This document shows positions 8,587-17,331 of a DNA stretch of 32,000 nucleotides, one piece after another. Position numbers and translations under genes: made by a program. The DNA is from Phycisphaera mikurensis NBRC 102666 (GTDB taxonomy: Bacteria; Planctomycetota; Phycisphaerae; Phycisphaerales; Phycisphaeraceae), in the NCBI RefSeq assembly GCF_000284115.1, contig NC_017080.1:1200001-1232000 (forward strand), written 5' to 3'. The notes under the pieces were generated by a model. It saw nothing but the letters and a program-made list of their open reading frames with translations, was not told the DNA's origin and made no database searches. How positions within the stretch are numbered: the stretch's first letter is position 1; every line of letters begins with the position of its first letter.

Positions 8587-9009
8587 ATGGAAAGCTTCAC
8601 CGTCGACACCCCCGGCCGCGACGGCATGGTCGAGATCACCGACCGCGTCGCGCAGGCGATCTCCCGCTCCGCCCGCCGCGGCGGCGTCGCGCAGATCTTC
8701 GTGATGCACACCACCGCCGGGCTCTGCGTGAACGAGAACGCCGATCCCGACGTCGTCCACGACCTGCTCAAAGAGTTCGACCGCCTCTTCCCGTGGGAGC
8801 AGCCGTTCCACCGGCACGCCGAGGGCAACACCGCCGCGCACGCGAAGGCGATCCTCACGGGCAACTCCATCGCCGTCCCGCTGCGGCGCAACGGCCGGCT
8901 CGACCTGGGCACCTGGCAGGGCATCTACCTCTGCGAGTTCGACGGTCCGCGGACCCGGACCGTCAAGGTGGTGGTGCTGGAGGAGGCGAACGACGACAAG
9001 ATCGATTGA
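8587..9009 (+). CDS. YjbQ-family (UPF0047) protein, secondary thiamine-phosphate synthase enzyme family
   Basis: 'IFVMHTTAGLCVNENADPDVVHDLLKEFDRLFP', 'HAEGNTAAHAKAILTGNSIAVPLRRNGRLDLGTWQGIYLCEFDGPR'. Confidence 0.93.
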   Translation: MESFTVDTPGRDGMVEITDRVAQAISRSARRGGVAQIFVMHTTAGLCVNENADPDVVHDLLKEFDRLFPWEQPFHRHAEGNTAAHAKAILTGNSIAVPLRRNGRLDLGTWQGIYLCEFDGPRTRTVKVVVLEEANDDKID

Positions 9010-9144
9010 GGCCGCGGCCCGGGCGAGCGTCGCCTCGCGGCCTGCGCGGCGGCAGGAGCCGCGAGGGCGGGGCGCCCGCCGGCGAGGAGGGTCCGCCCGA
9101 TCCGGCGTGGGTCGCCACCGGGACGCCCGGAGCGGGCGAACTCG

Positions 9145-10191
9145 CTAGCGCTTCGGCGACTGCCGAAGATCCGCTGCGTCCTCCGCCTTGCTGGACGCCG
9201 CCCGTGAGGCTTCCGCCGCTTCGGCGTTGCGCTTCCACATCGGCAGCTTGATGCGGATGAGCGCGGTGCCGGCGGTCGCGGCGAGGCGATCGGCTCGGGT
9301 CCAGCCGGCGACCTCGGCCGGATCCAGCCCGGCGGCGTGCGGCCGGGGCGCGAAGTCCAGCGGGACGGGCAGCGGGTGGCGGGTGCCGATGGCGTTGAAG
9401 GGGCACACGTCCTGGCAGACGTCGCAGCCGGCGAGCCAGCCGTGGGTGTCCGGGGCCGCGCCCGGCGGATCGACCGACCGCCGCTCGATGGTCAGGTAGC
9501 TGATGCACCTCCGCGGGTCGATCGCGTGGCCGCCCGCATCGATCGCCCCGGTCGGGCAGGCGTCGATGCACCGCGTGCAGTTCGCGCAGCGGTCGGTCGG
9601 CTCGGCGAGCGGGCCGGGGAAGCCGCGGGCGGCGGAGGTCGGCAGCTCCAGGGTTGTGAGCAGCGCGCCCAGCAGCACGAAGGAGCCGTGGCGGGGGTGG
9701 ATCAGCAGCGAGTTCTTGCCCCGCCAGCCCAGGCCGGCGGCCTCGGCGTAGCGACGCTCGTCCAGCGGCGCGGTGTCGACGCAGGCGCGGAAGGCGGCGT
9801 CGGGGAAGGCCGCGGCGAGGCCGTCGCCGAGGCGGTGGAGCTTCTTCTTGAGCACGCGGTGGTAGTCGCGGCCCCAGGCGTAGCGGGCGATCCTGCCGCG
9901 GACCGAGCCGTTCCGGGCCGCAACCTCGGGTCGGTCCGCGGATCCGCCGGCGGGTTGGGTGTTCCCGTAGCTGTCGGCGACGATCACGACCGACCTCGCC
10001 CCCGGCAGCACCGCCTCGACGCCCAGCCGGGCCTCGGCGGAGTCGGCGAGCCAGCCCATCTCGCCGGCCCGGCCCGCCGCGAACCAGGCGCGGGAGCGGG
10101 CGGCCTCCTCCGCGGGGGCGGGCGCGGCGTCGGCCACGCCCCAGAGGCCGAAGCCGATCTTCGCCGCGAGCGCGTCGAGGGTTTCGATCAC
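9145..10191 (-). CDS. queG: Epoxyqueuosine reductase
   Basis: 'ARYAWGRDYHRVLKKKL', 'DTAPLDERRYAEAAGLGWRGKNSLLIHPRHGSFVLLG', two Fe-S motifs 'CANCTRCIDACPTGAI' and 'CDVCQDVCPFN'; GTG start inferred. Confidence 0.93.
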   Translation of the reverse strand: MIETLDALAAKIGFGLWGVADAAPAPAEEAARSRAWFAAGRAGEMGWLADSAEARLGVEAVLPGARSVVIVADSYGNTQPAGGSADRPEVAARNGSVRGRIARYAWGRDYHRVLKKKLHRLGDGLAAAFPDAAFRACVDTAPLDERRYAEAAGLGWRGKNSLLIHPRHGSFVLLGALLTTLELPTSAARGFPGPLAEPTDRCANCTRCIDACPTGAIDAGGHAIDPRRCISYLTIERRSVDPPGAAPDTHGWLAGCDVCQDVCPFNAIGTRHPLPVPLDFAPRPHAAGLDPAEVAGWTRADRLAATAGTALIRIKLPMWKRNAEAAEASRAASSKAEDAADLRQSPKR

Positions 10192-10856
10192 GCGGCGTCC
10201 TCCGGCTCCGGGGCCGCCAGCAACCCGAGCATCAGGCACCAGAAGGCAAGCACGATGTTCTGCATCGGCAGCTGCAGCGGGAGCGGCAGCAGGTAGATGA
10301 CGCACACCGCGGGGATCCACACCGCCCAGCACGAGCACAGCAGCGGGAAGACTTCGCGGCGGTACCAGCCCCGGCCGGCGTGCCGCCGCCGGAAGCGGCT
10401 CCACGAGAAGCCCGCGTCCTTGAAGCCGTAGACGGCCACCGTCTCGGGCATCGCCCACAGCGGGCAGTACACGAACATGTCCAGGAAGACCTTGCCGGCG
10501 ACGATCGCCGGGCCGCGGCCGTCGCCGAGCAGGCCGTCGAGCCCGCGGTAGAGCAGGTCGACCTGCAGCCCGACCACCGCCCAGAACAGCAGCAGGTACA
10601 GGAAGGCCCCGGGCGACTCGCTCGGCGCCGACGGCCGCAGCCGCTGCACGGCCGCCGGCAGCACCGCCCCGGCGAGCGTGGTCGTGAGCGCCGCGAAGCC
10701 CAGCGCCACCGGCAGCGGCTGCTCGGCCCGCCAGCCGGCGAGCCGCTGCAACGCCGCCCGCATCGGCGGCCAGAGCTCGTACCCCAGCAGCACCGCGATG
10801 GCGAAGGCCGTCAACGCGAGCCCGGGGCCGAGGTTGGCTCGGGCGGCGGCGACCAA
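10188..10856 (-). CDS. Integral membrane protein, weakly Mpv17/PMP22-like in layout
   Basis: Several hydrophobic segments; 'KVFLDMFVYCPLWAMPETVAVYGFKDAG ... WIPAVCVIYLLPLPLQLPMQNIVLAFWCLML'. Start uncertain (TTG 10856 chosen). 4-bp overlap with queG start. Confidence 0.55.
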   Translation of the reverse strand: MVAAARANLGPGLALTAFAIAVLLGYELWPPMRAALQRLAGWRAEQPLPVALGFAALTTTLAGAVLPAAVQRLRPSAPSESPGAFLYLLLFWAVVGLQVDLLYRGLDGLLGDGRGPAIVAGKVFLDMFVYCPLWAMPETVAVYGFKDAGFSWSRFRRRHAGRGWYRREVFPLLCSCWAVWIPAVCVIYLLPLPLQLPMQNIVLAFWCLMLGLLAAPEPEDAA

Positions 10857-10918
10857 GCCGCTCCGGCGCTCGGGCGCACCCAACCGCTCGCCCCCCGCGG
10901 CCTCGGCGGCCGCCTCGC

Positions 10919-12187
10919 TCACGCCGGCAGCGCCGCCGAGGAGGCCGGCCCCGAGGCGGCCGGCACGCTCTCCGCGGCGAGGGACAGGAAGCTGCGGCGG
11001 TACGACGACCACGCCAGCAGCGCCATCGCGGGCACCGCGAGCGTGCCGGCGCCGGGCCAGAGCTGCACGAAGATCAGCAAGAGGTAGCCCAGCCGCACGC
11101 CCCACCGCACCAGCAGCGTGCGGCCGCGCGGCAGGTAGCGGCGGTACGGGGCGATCAGCGCCAGCCGGTACAGGATGATGCCGGGGATGAGCCCGACGAC
11201 CGGCACCGCCGAGAGGCCGGCGCACGCCGCGAGCACCCACGGCAGCCGGGCCTTCACGTGGGCATCGAGGCCGGCGACGTCGGCCGTGCCCGCGAAGGCG
11301 GGGCGGCCGCAGAGGCGGCAGTCCTGCTCGGGGTGCCGCTCGCGGAGCGAGGCGGCGCAGACCCCGCACCGGTGCACCGCCCGCAGCGAGGCCGCGTGGT
11401 CCCGCCGGTCCCCCACGCGCTGCATCTTCGGGCCGCCCAGCAGCCCGACCCGCTCGGCGTCGGGCCGCTCCACGCCGCAGTGCGGGCAACGCAGCGCCGC
11501 CCGGGGCACGTCGTCGCCGCAGGCGTCGCACGCGACGCGGCTTCTCGCCTCCCGCCGCCTGGACCGGGCGTACATCAGCAGAACCACGCACGACGCGATC
11601 ACGACCAGCGCCGCGACCACGACCGGGAAGAGCACGAGCAGGAAGACCCCGAAGACCGACCAGAGGTCCTCGCCCCAGCTGAACAGGCCCAAGAGCCCGG
11701 TGTCGTCGTCCGCGTCGAGCTCCGAAGCGTCGGACAGAACCGCCCGGCGGGCGACCGCGAGGAGGAACGTGCCCGCCGCGACGGCGAGCACCAGCAAGCC
11801 GGTGAAGCCGAGGCCCGCCTGCGCCGGGAGCGACGCCGCGGCCACCCCCTCCGCCGCCGGCCACCCGCCCGCGGCCGACACCAGGCCCGCCACGCCCAGC
11901 GCCGCCGACACCGGCTTCACGTAGGGGTCCAGCTCGTTGAGGATCTCCCGCGCCCCGCCGCTCTTGTGGGCCACCAGCTCGAGCGCCGAAAGCGTTCCCA
12001 GCACCGCGATCGACAGGTCCGAGGTCAGCCAGCCCGGCGCCGCGTCCACCGGCAGCCCCGCGAGCAGCCCGAGCGTCCCGAGCAGCGGGACGTCGGGCCC
12101 GAACCGCACCGCGAGCGCCACCGCGAACAGCGGCAGGAACACCCGGGAGGCGAACAGGGCGGGAAGCGAGAGGGCGGGGAGGAGCAT
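10919..12187 (-). CDS. Membrane protein with DUF4126-like N-terminal domain and zinc-ribbon-like cysteine motifs
   Basis: 'LPALSLPALFASRVFLPLFAVALAVRFG ... LSALELVAHKSGGAREILNELDPYVKPV', then 'CDACGDDVPRAALRCPHCG' and 'CGVCAASLRERHPEQDCRLCG'. Confidence 0.75.
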   Translation of the reverse strand: MLLPALSLPALFASRVFLPLFAVALAVRFGPDVPLLGTLGLLAGLPVDAAPGWLTSDLSIAVLGTLSALELVAHKSGGAREILNELDPYVKPVSAALGVAGLVSAAGGWPAAEGVAAASLPAQAGLGFTGLLVLAVAAGTFLLAVARRAVLSDASELDADDDTGLLGLFSWGEDLWSVFGVFLLVLFPVVVAALVVIASCVVLLMYARSRRREARSRVACDACGDDVPRAALRCPHCGVERPDAERVGLLGGPKMQRVGDRRDHAASLRAVHRCGVCAASLRERHPEQDCRLCGRPAFAGTADVAGLDAHVKARLPWVLAACAGLSAVPVVGLIPGIILYRLALIAPYRRYLPRGRTLLVRWGVRLGYLLLIFVQLWPGAGTLAVPAMALLAWSSYRRSFLSLAAESVPAASGPASSAALPA

Positions 12188-12203
12188 GGCTGCACCAGGC
12201 AAG

Positions 12204-12235
12204 CGAAGAAGCGAAGAAGATAGGAAGCGAAGAAG
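12204..12235. repeat. Octanucleotide tract (CGAAGAAG x2, ATAGGAAG, CGAAGAAG)
   Basis: In-register 8-mers read directly; opposite orientation to the 12305-12488 array. Confidence 0.85.
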
Positions 12236-12304
12236 TCAGTCCGTCGCGCCATCGCTCCGCTCGGCGGCCTCCCCTCGGGTCGGCGAAGCCGACGCGTTGC
12301 CTGA

Positions 12305-12488
12305 CTTCCCCACTTCGTCGCTTCCCCGCCTCCCCGCTTCCCCGCTTCCCCGCTTCCCCGCTTCCCCGCTTCCCCGCTTCCCCGCTTCCCCGCTTCTTCT
12401 CTTCTCCGCTTCCCCGCTTCTTCTCTTCTTCTCTTCTTCTCTTCTTCTCTTCTTCTCTTCTTCGCTTCTTCACTTCCCCGCTTCTCCA
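12305..12488. repeat. 23-unit imperfect octanucleotide tandem array (CTTCCCCG and CTTCTTCT subtypes)
   Basis: Every 8-mer from 12305 to 12488 stays in register, e.g. 12337-12392 = seven perfect CTTCCCCG; 12417-12456 = five perfect CTTCTTCT. Confidence 0.95.
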
Positions 12489-12528
12489 CTCCCGCCCCTG
12501 ACATCCCGCGCCTCCCGCCCCAACCCCC

Positions 12529-14121
12529 TCAAACAAACTCCCGCCGCTGGCGCTTCGTCCCGATCCCCAGCTGCCCCCGGTACTTCGCCACCGTCCGCCG
12601 CGCGATCGTGATGCCGCGTTCGCCCAGCGCCTCCACCAGCTCGTCGTCGGAGAGCGGCTCGGTCTTGTCCTCGTCGTCGATGACCTCCTTGAGCTTCGCC
12701 TGCACGGCCGTCCAGCTCACGTCGTCGCCGCCGGCGCTCTGCGTGCCGCCGGAGAAGAACATGCGCAGCGGCACGATCCCCCGCGGCGTCTGCAGGTACT
12801 TCTCGCTCACGGCACGCGAGACCGTCGCCACGTGGATCCCGAGCTGATCGGCCACGAGCGTCATCGGCAGCGGCACCAGCCCCGCGTCGCCCTGCTCGAA
12901 CCAGCCGCGCTGGGCGTTGATGACCACGCCGATCACGCGGAGCAGCGTGTGCTGCCGCTGGCGGATCGCGTCGAGCAGCCAGCGGGCCGAACGCAGCTGG
13001 CGGCCCACGAAGTCGCGGGCGGCTTTCTCCTGCGTCTTGTCCTTGGCGAGGTCTTCGTAGTCGGCGCTGATCTGCAGGGCCGGCAGGCGGCCGCTGGTGA
13101 GCAGCGCCGTGTAGGTGTCGGTAAGCTCGTCGTAGGTGATCACGGCGTCGGGCGTGATCGTCCGCGTCACCGGATCGGCGAGGTTGCGGCCGGGGTGCGG
13201 CGAGTACGCCCGCAGCCGGGCGACGGCGTGCTTGAGCTCCCCGAGCCCGCGCCCGGTCGCCTCGACCATCCGCGGGAAGCGGTTGATCTCGATGTCCTTG
13301 AGGTGGTCGCGGATCAGCACCTCCTGCAGGTCCAGCAGGTCCCGGTCCGCGTCGGGGTCACGCCGCTTCGCGTCGATCTGCAGGAGGATGCACTCCGCCA
13401 GCGAGCGGGCGGCGATCCCGGCCGGATCCAGCGCCATCTGCAGGATCTCGATCGCCTCGTCCACCTCCTCGGCGCTCACGTCGCCGAGCTTCGCGGGCGC
13501 CGCGTCGCGCAGCTGCTCGGGGTCGGCCCGCAGGTAGCCGTCGGCGTCGATGTTGCCGATGAGGTACTCGCCCAGGTCGAACAGCCGCTCGTCGAGGTTG
13601 TCGTCGGCCTGGGCCATCCGCCACTGGCCCATCAGCTGCTCGTACAGCGAAGCCATCTTCGCCGGGCTGTTGGCCATCGCGTCCATCTTCCCGTCGCGTT
13701 CGCCCGCGTAAGAGGAAGGACCCGGGCCGGAGAGGAAGCGCTCGGAGCGGTCGGAGAGCCTGCCCTCGCCGCTCTCGAGCGTGTTGCTCCACGCGTCGCC
13801 GTACTGCTCGGAGAGGTTGTCGAGCCGCTCGAAGTCGGCGGCGGACTCGCCCGCCCCGGGCGCTCCGTCGGCGCCGCCCACCACCAGCTCCCGGGTGTGC
13901 TCGCGGTCGTCGCGACGCTCCTGCGCCATCGCGTCTCTGAGCCCCTCGGCGTCCGCCCCCGGCTCCTGCAGCTCGAGCGTCGGGTTGCTCGCCAGCTCCA
14001 ACTCGATGCGCTCCTCCAGCTGGGCCTGCGGCATCTGCAGGATCTCCATCGACTGGATCATCCGCGGCGCCAGCTTCATCTGCTGGCCCATGCGGACGTG
14101 GTTGCCGACGGAGAGGTGCAT
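12529..14121 (-). CDS. rpoN: RNA polymerase sigma-54 factor
   Basis: N-terminal 'MKLAPRMIQSMEILQMPQAQLEERIELELASNPTLE'; 'IHVATVSRAVSEKYLQTPRGIVPLRMFFS'; RpoN box 'ARRTVAKYRGQLGI'. Confidence 0.96.
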   Translation of the reverse strand: MHLSVGNHVRMGQQMKLAPRMIQSMEILQMPQAQLEERIELELASNPTLELQEPGADAEGLRDAMAQERRDDREHTRELVVGGADGAPGAGESAADFERLDNLSEQYGDAWSNTLESGEGRLSDRSERFLSGPGPSSYAGERDGKMDAMANSPAKMASLYEQLMGQWRMAQADDNLDERLFDLGEYLIGNIDADGYLRADPEQLRDAAPAKLGDVSAEEVDEAIEILQMALDPAGIAARSLAECILLQIDAKRRDPDADRDLLDLQEVLIRDHLKDIEINRFPRMVEATGRGLGELKHAVARLRAYSPHPGRNLADPVTRTITPDAVITYDELTDTYTALLTSGRLPALQISADYEDLAKDKTQEKAARDFVGRQLRSARWLLDAIRQRQHTLLRVIGVVINAQRGWFEQGDAGLVPLPMTLVADQLGIHVATVSRAVSEKYLQTPRGIVPLRMFFSGGTQSAGGDDVSWTAVQAKLKEVIDDEDKTEPLSDDELVEALGERGITIARRTVAKYRGQLGIGTKRQRREFV

Positions 14122-14344
14122 GGGAACGGAGCTTTCGGGGTCCCCGGGTGGAGCGGGGCGGACGCGGTGCGGCCGCCAGTATCGCAGGGTTCCGCGGGGG
14201 CTGCGCCGCGCTCGCGGAGCCGGACGCGGAGCCGGGCGCCGAGGACCGGACCCGCGGGCGGCATGGCCGCCGCTCAAGCCCGCCGGCGCCGCCCTCCCCT
14301 GGCCGGTGCGCCGACGCCGGCCACGCGGCGCCGCGGGGGGGGGT

Positions 14345-15448
14345 TCAGGGCCGCGGGTGGAACCTCGCCAGCACGTCGGCGAGCCGCGAGCGGTCGACGT
14401 GGGTGTACAGCTCCGTCGTCCCGAGGTCCGCGTGGCCGAGCATCTCCTGCACGACGCGCAGGTCGGCTCCGCCGGCGAGCAGCTGCGTGGCGTAGCTGTG
14501 CCGCAGCGTGTGCGGGTGCACGTTGTGCAGCCCGGCCGCCGCGGCGTGCCGCTTGACGACCTGCCACACGACGATCCGCGTGACCGGCTGGCCCGTCCGG
14601 GAGAGGAACAGCCGGCCGGTCGGCTCCTTGAGGAGCTTGGGCCGCAGCTGCTCGGCGTAGCGCTGGATCGCCTGGAGGCAGGGCGTGCCGACCGGCAGGA
14701 TCCGCTCCTTGTTGCCCTTGCCGAGCACGCGGACGACGCCCAGCGTCGCGTCGATCGCGTCCGCGGGCAGCGCCGCGGCCTCGCTCGCCCGCAGGCCGCC
14801 CGCGTAGAGCAGCTCCAGCAGCGCGACGTCGCGGAGGTAGAGCGTCGCGGCCGGGTCCGGCGCCGCGAGCAGCTTCTCCGCGTCGGCGTGGCCGAGCACG
14901 TGCGGGAGCGTCCGCCAGGTTCTGGGTTGGCTCAGCCGCTCGGCGGCGTCGGCGGGCGTGTGCCCCGCCGCGGCGGCGAAGCGGCAGAAGACGCGGATCG
15001 TCGCGGTGTGCCGCGCGATCGAGGCCGTCTGCAAGCCGCCGGCTGCGAGCGACTGGAGGTGCCCGACCAGCCGCTCGTGGTCGAGCTCGTGCCAGCCGCC
15101 CCGGTGGCCCTCCCGCTCCATCCACGTGCGCAGGTCGCGGAGGTCGCCCGCGTAGGCCGCGAGCGTGGCCGGCGAGAAGCCGCACTCCACCCGGCAGTGC
15201 GTGAGGAAGCCGCGGACCGCGGGCTCGAAGGGCGAAACCGCCGCGCGGTCCGCGGGTGGGGCCGGAGGCGTTGCCGGCTCAGCCGCCGGCGAGGAGCAGC
15301 CGCGGGCGGCCCGCGCCGACGGCGGGGAGCCGGCGGCCGACGAGGGTGATGGGGACGAGGCGTCGGCGAGGCGCAGCGGGCCGCGGCTGAGCGTGAAGGC
15401 CGGCCCCGGCGGGCTCCGTCGCGGCGGCGGGGTTGCGGGTGGGCTCAC
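14345..15448 (-). CDS. XerC/XerD-like tyrosine recombinase with Pro/Ala-rich N-terminal extension
   Basis: 'LLYAGGLRASEAAAL', 'VLGKGNKERILPV', 'HPHTLRHSYATQLLAGGADLRVVQEMLGHADLGTTELYTHV' (R..HxxR..H..Y). Confidence 0.93.
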   Translation of the reverse strand: MSPPATPPPRRSPPGPAFTLSRGPLRLADASSPSPSSAAGSPPSARAARGCSSPAAEPATPPAPPADRAAVSPFEPAVRGFLTHCRVECGFSPATLAAYAGDLRDLRTWMEREGHRGGWHELDHERLVGHLQSLAAGGLQTASIARHTATIRVFCRFAAAAGHTPADAAERLSQPRTWRTLPHVLGHADAEKLLAAPDPAATLYLRDVALLELLYAGGLRASEAAALPADAIDATLGVVRVLGKGNKERILPVGTPCLQAIQRYAEQLRPKLLKEPTGRLFLSRTGQPVTRIVVWQVVKRHAAAAGLHNVHPHTLRHSYATQLLAGGADLRVVQEMLGHADLGTTELYTHVDRSRLADVLARFHPRP

Positions 15449-15665
15449 GAGCGGGCGGCTCCGTGGAGAGGGGGCGGCGGACGCCGGATCGGGCCCGCCG
15501 CTGGAAGATGGGGCACTCGCCGTGGCCGCCCCCGAAGCAGCGGTACGCGTCGTCGAGGCGGCTGAGCGTGGCCGCGGCGTTGCACTCCGCGGCGCCGCAA
15601 CCCATGTGGGGGCAGGCGCCGGCGGCGTCGATGGGCGGGGCGGTCGGTTCCGTCGGTGCGTTCAT
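15279..15665 (-). CDS. Small Cys-rich hypothetical protein overlapping the Xer-like 5' end
   Basis: 'MNAPTEPTAPPIDAAGACPHMGCGAAECNAAATLSRLDDAYRCFGGGHGECPI'; overlaps the recombinase ORF by ~170 nt in another frame. Confidence 0.4.
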   Translation of the reverse strand: MNAPTEPTAPPIDAAGACPHMGCGAAECNAAATLSRLDDAYRCFGGGHGECPIFQRRARSGVRRPLSTEPPAREPTRNPAAATEPAGAGLHAQPRPAAPRRRLVPITLVGRRLPAVGAGRPRLLLAGG

Positions 15666-15734
15666 CGGGTTGGATGCCTCCGTGGGTCGCCGGAAGAATC
15701 GGCCGAGGCGCCCGCACCGCTGGAAGTTTTCTGC

Positions 15735-16427
15735 TCACCCGGCCGGAAAACGCTCCGCCAGCCCGGCCCGCAGCGTCGCCGCGACGCCGCTCTCGCTCGC
15801 CGTGGCATCGATCAGGAGGTGGCCCGCGGGGTCGGCCTCCGCCTGCGCCAGGAAGCCCGCACGCACCCGCTCCTGGTAGCCGGCGTCGCGGCTCTCCACC
15901 CGGTCCAGCAGCGGGTTCAGGCGTGACGACGCGGTCACCGGGTCGACGTCGAAGATCACGACCAGGTCGGGTCGGCAGCCGCCGAGCGCCACCTCGCCCA
16001 CGCCGCGGATCTCCGCGAGCGGGAGCCCGCCGGCGGTGCCCTGGTACGCCAGCGTCGACGAGAGGAAGCGGTCGGCCAGCACCAGGTGGCCCGCGGCCAG
16101 CGCCGGCCGGATCCGCTGGGCGACCAGCTGGGCCCGCGACGCCATGAACAGCAGCATCTCCGCCCGCGTGTCCATCGCCCCGCAGCGCTCGTCGGGGTAG
16201 TTGAGCACCAGGTTCCGCACGCGTTCTCCCACCTCCGTCCCGCCCGGCTCGCGCACGGTCGTCACGAAGAGCCCGTCCTTCTCCGCCGCCGACTGGAACC
16301 GCCGCAGCTGCGTGCTCTTGCCCGCCCCGTCGGGCCCGTCGAACACGAGGAAGCGGCCCGCCAGCGGGCGCGACCAGCCCGGAGCGGCCGGCGGCGAGCG
16401 GGTGGTGGAGGTCGCGGCCTGCGGCAT
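15735..16427 (-). CDS. tmk: Thymidylate kinase
   Basis: P-loop 'RFLVFDGPDGAGKSTQLRRF', 'REPGGTEVGERVRNLVLN', 'LADRFLSSTLAYQG'. Upstream in-frame start at 16460 also possible. Confidence 0.9.
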   Translation of the reverse strand: MPQAATSTTRSPPAAPGWSRPLAGRFLVFDGPDGAGKSTQLRRFQSAAEKDGLFVTTVREPGGTEVGERVRNLVLNYPDERCGAMDTRAEMLLFMASRAQLVAQRIRPALAAGHLVLADRFLSSTLAYQGTAGGLPLAEIRGVGEVALGGCRPDLVVIFDVDPVTASSRLNPLLDRVESRDAGYQERVRAGFLAQAEADPAGHLLIDATASESGVAATLRAGLAERFPAG

Positions 16428-16475
16428 CCCGGCGAGGGTAAAGGCGCAGGGCAGCGGCAAGCCGCTACGCGGCGG

Positions 16476-16580
16476 GAAGAGACGAAGAGACGGAGAGACG
16501 AAGAGACGAAGAGACGGAGACAGGCAGGGAGGAAAAGGGGGCCGCGGTCGGATCTGTCCGTCTTCGTCTCTTCGTCTCTT
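16476..16580. repeat. Octanucleotide (GAAGAGAC) tract and inverted partner (GTCTCTTC); perfect 15-bp arms 16501-16515 / 16566-16580
   Basis: gaagagac gaagagac ggagagac gaagagac gaagagac (16476-16515); 'gtctcttcgtctctt' 16566-16580 is the reverse complement of 16501-16515. Confidence 0.85.
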
Positions 16581-16692
16581 GCTCGCACCCCATCGGCCCG
16601 CGGATGTCTGCGGCGCGATCCCGACGCCGCGGCCCCCGAATCGGCTCGCCTCGCGCGTCTTCGTCTCTTCGTCCCCGCTCTACCTTCCGCCC

Positions 16693-17331
16693 GTGCCCCA
16701 AGCCCCCGAGCCCCCGAACTATCTCACCCCCTACGTCGACGCGGAGAAACGCCTCGGCCCCGGCTTCGAGGCCACGCTGTGGGCACGCCGGGAGACGCAG
16801 GAGATCCGCTTCCGCGTCTTCGCCGAGCAGCTGGACCTGAGCGGCAAGACGATCCTCGACGCCGGCTGCGGGCCCGGCGACTTCGCGGCGTGGCTGCAGA
16901 CGCACGGCATCGGCTACGGCCGCTACGTCGGCATCGACGGCGTGGAGCCCGTCGTGGAGCACGCCAACGCCCGCGGCCTTCCCGACGCGGAGTTCCGCGC
17001 CGGCGACCTGGTGACCGACGCGGCGCTGCTGGCCACCGGCTCGCCCGAGGTCACGATCATCTCCGGCACGCTCAACACGATGGACCTCGCCACCGCGACC
17101 CGCGTGCTGGAAAACGCCTGGGCCGGCACCTCCTCCGTGCTCGCCTTCAACTTCCTCCCCGACACCGCCGGCCCCGGCGCCACCCCGCAGCTGCACCCCG
17201 CCGTCCGCCTGCCCACGATGCACCTGCTCGCCTGGGCTCTCGCCCAGACGTGGGACGTCCTCTACCGCCAGGACTACTTCGCCCACGGCCACGACGGCAC
17301 CGTCGTGATGCGCAAGCACGCCAGGGCGTAG
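16693..17331 (+). CDS. Class I SAM-dependent methyltransferase
   Basis: Motif I 'KTILDAGCGPGDFAAWLQTHG', 'YVGIDGVEPVVEHANARG', 'FRAGDLVTD'. GTG start inferred. Confidence 0.85.
   Translation: MPQAPEPPNYLTPYVDAEKRLGPGFEATLWARRETQEIRFRVFAEQLDLSGKTILDAGCGPGDFAAWLQTHGIGYGRYVGIDGVEPVVEHANARGLPDAEFRAGDLVTDAALLATGSPEVTIISGTLNTMDLATATRVLENAWAGTSSVLAFNFLPDTAGPGATPQLHPAVRLPTMHLLAWALAQTWDVLYRQDYFAHGHDGTVVMRKHARA

Noticed and set aside
12025-12536. ORFs encoding KRRREEEKK / GSGEAGKR peptide repeats (minus) or LLLFFSASPLPRFPASP (plus)
   Set aside because: These arise from the 8-nt array read in three frames (24-nt, 8-aa period); no start or domain support. The intergenic array is the better explanation.
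12832-14556. 574-aa plus-strand ORF opposite rpoN
   Set aside because: Shadow ORF; the minus strand clearly encodes sigma-54.
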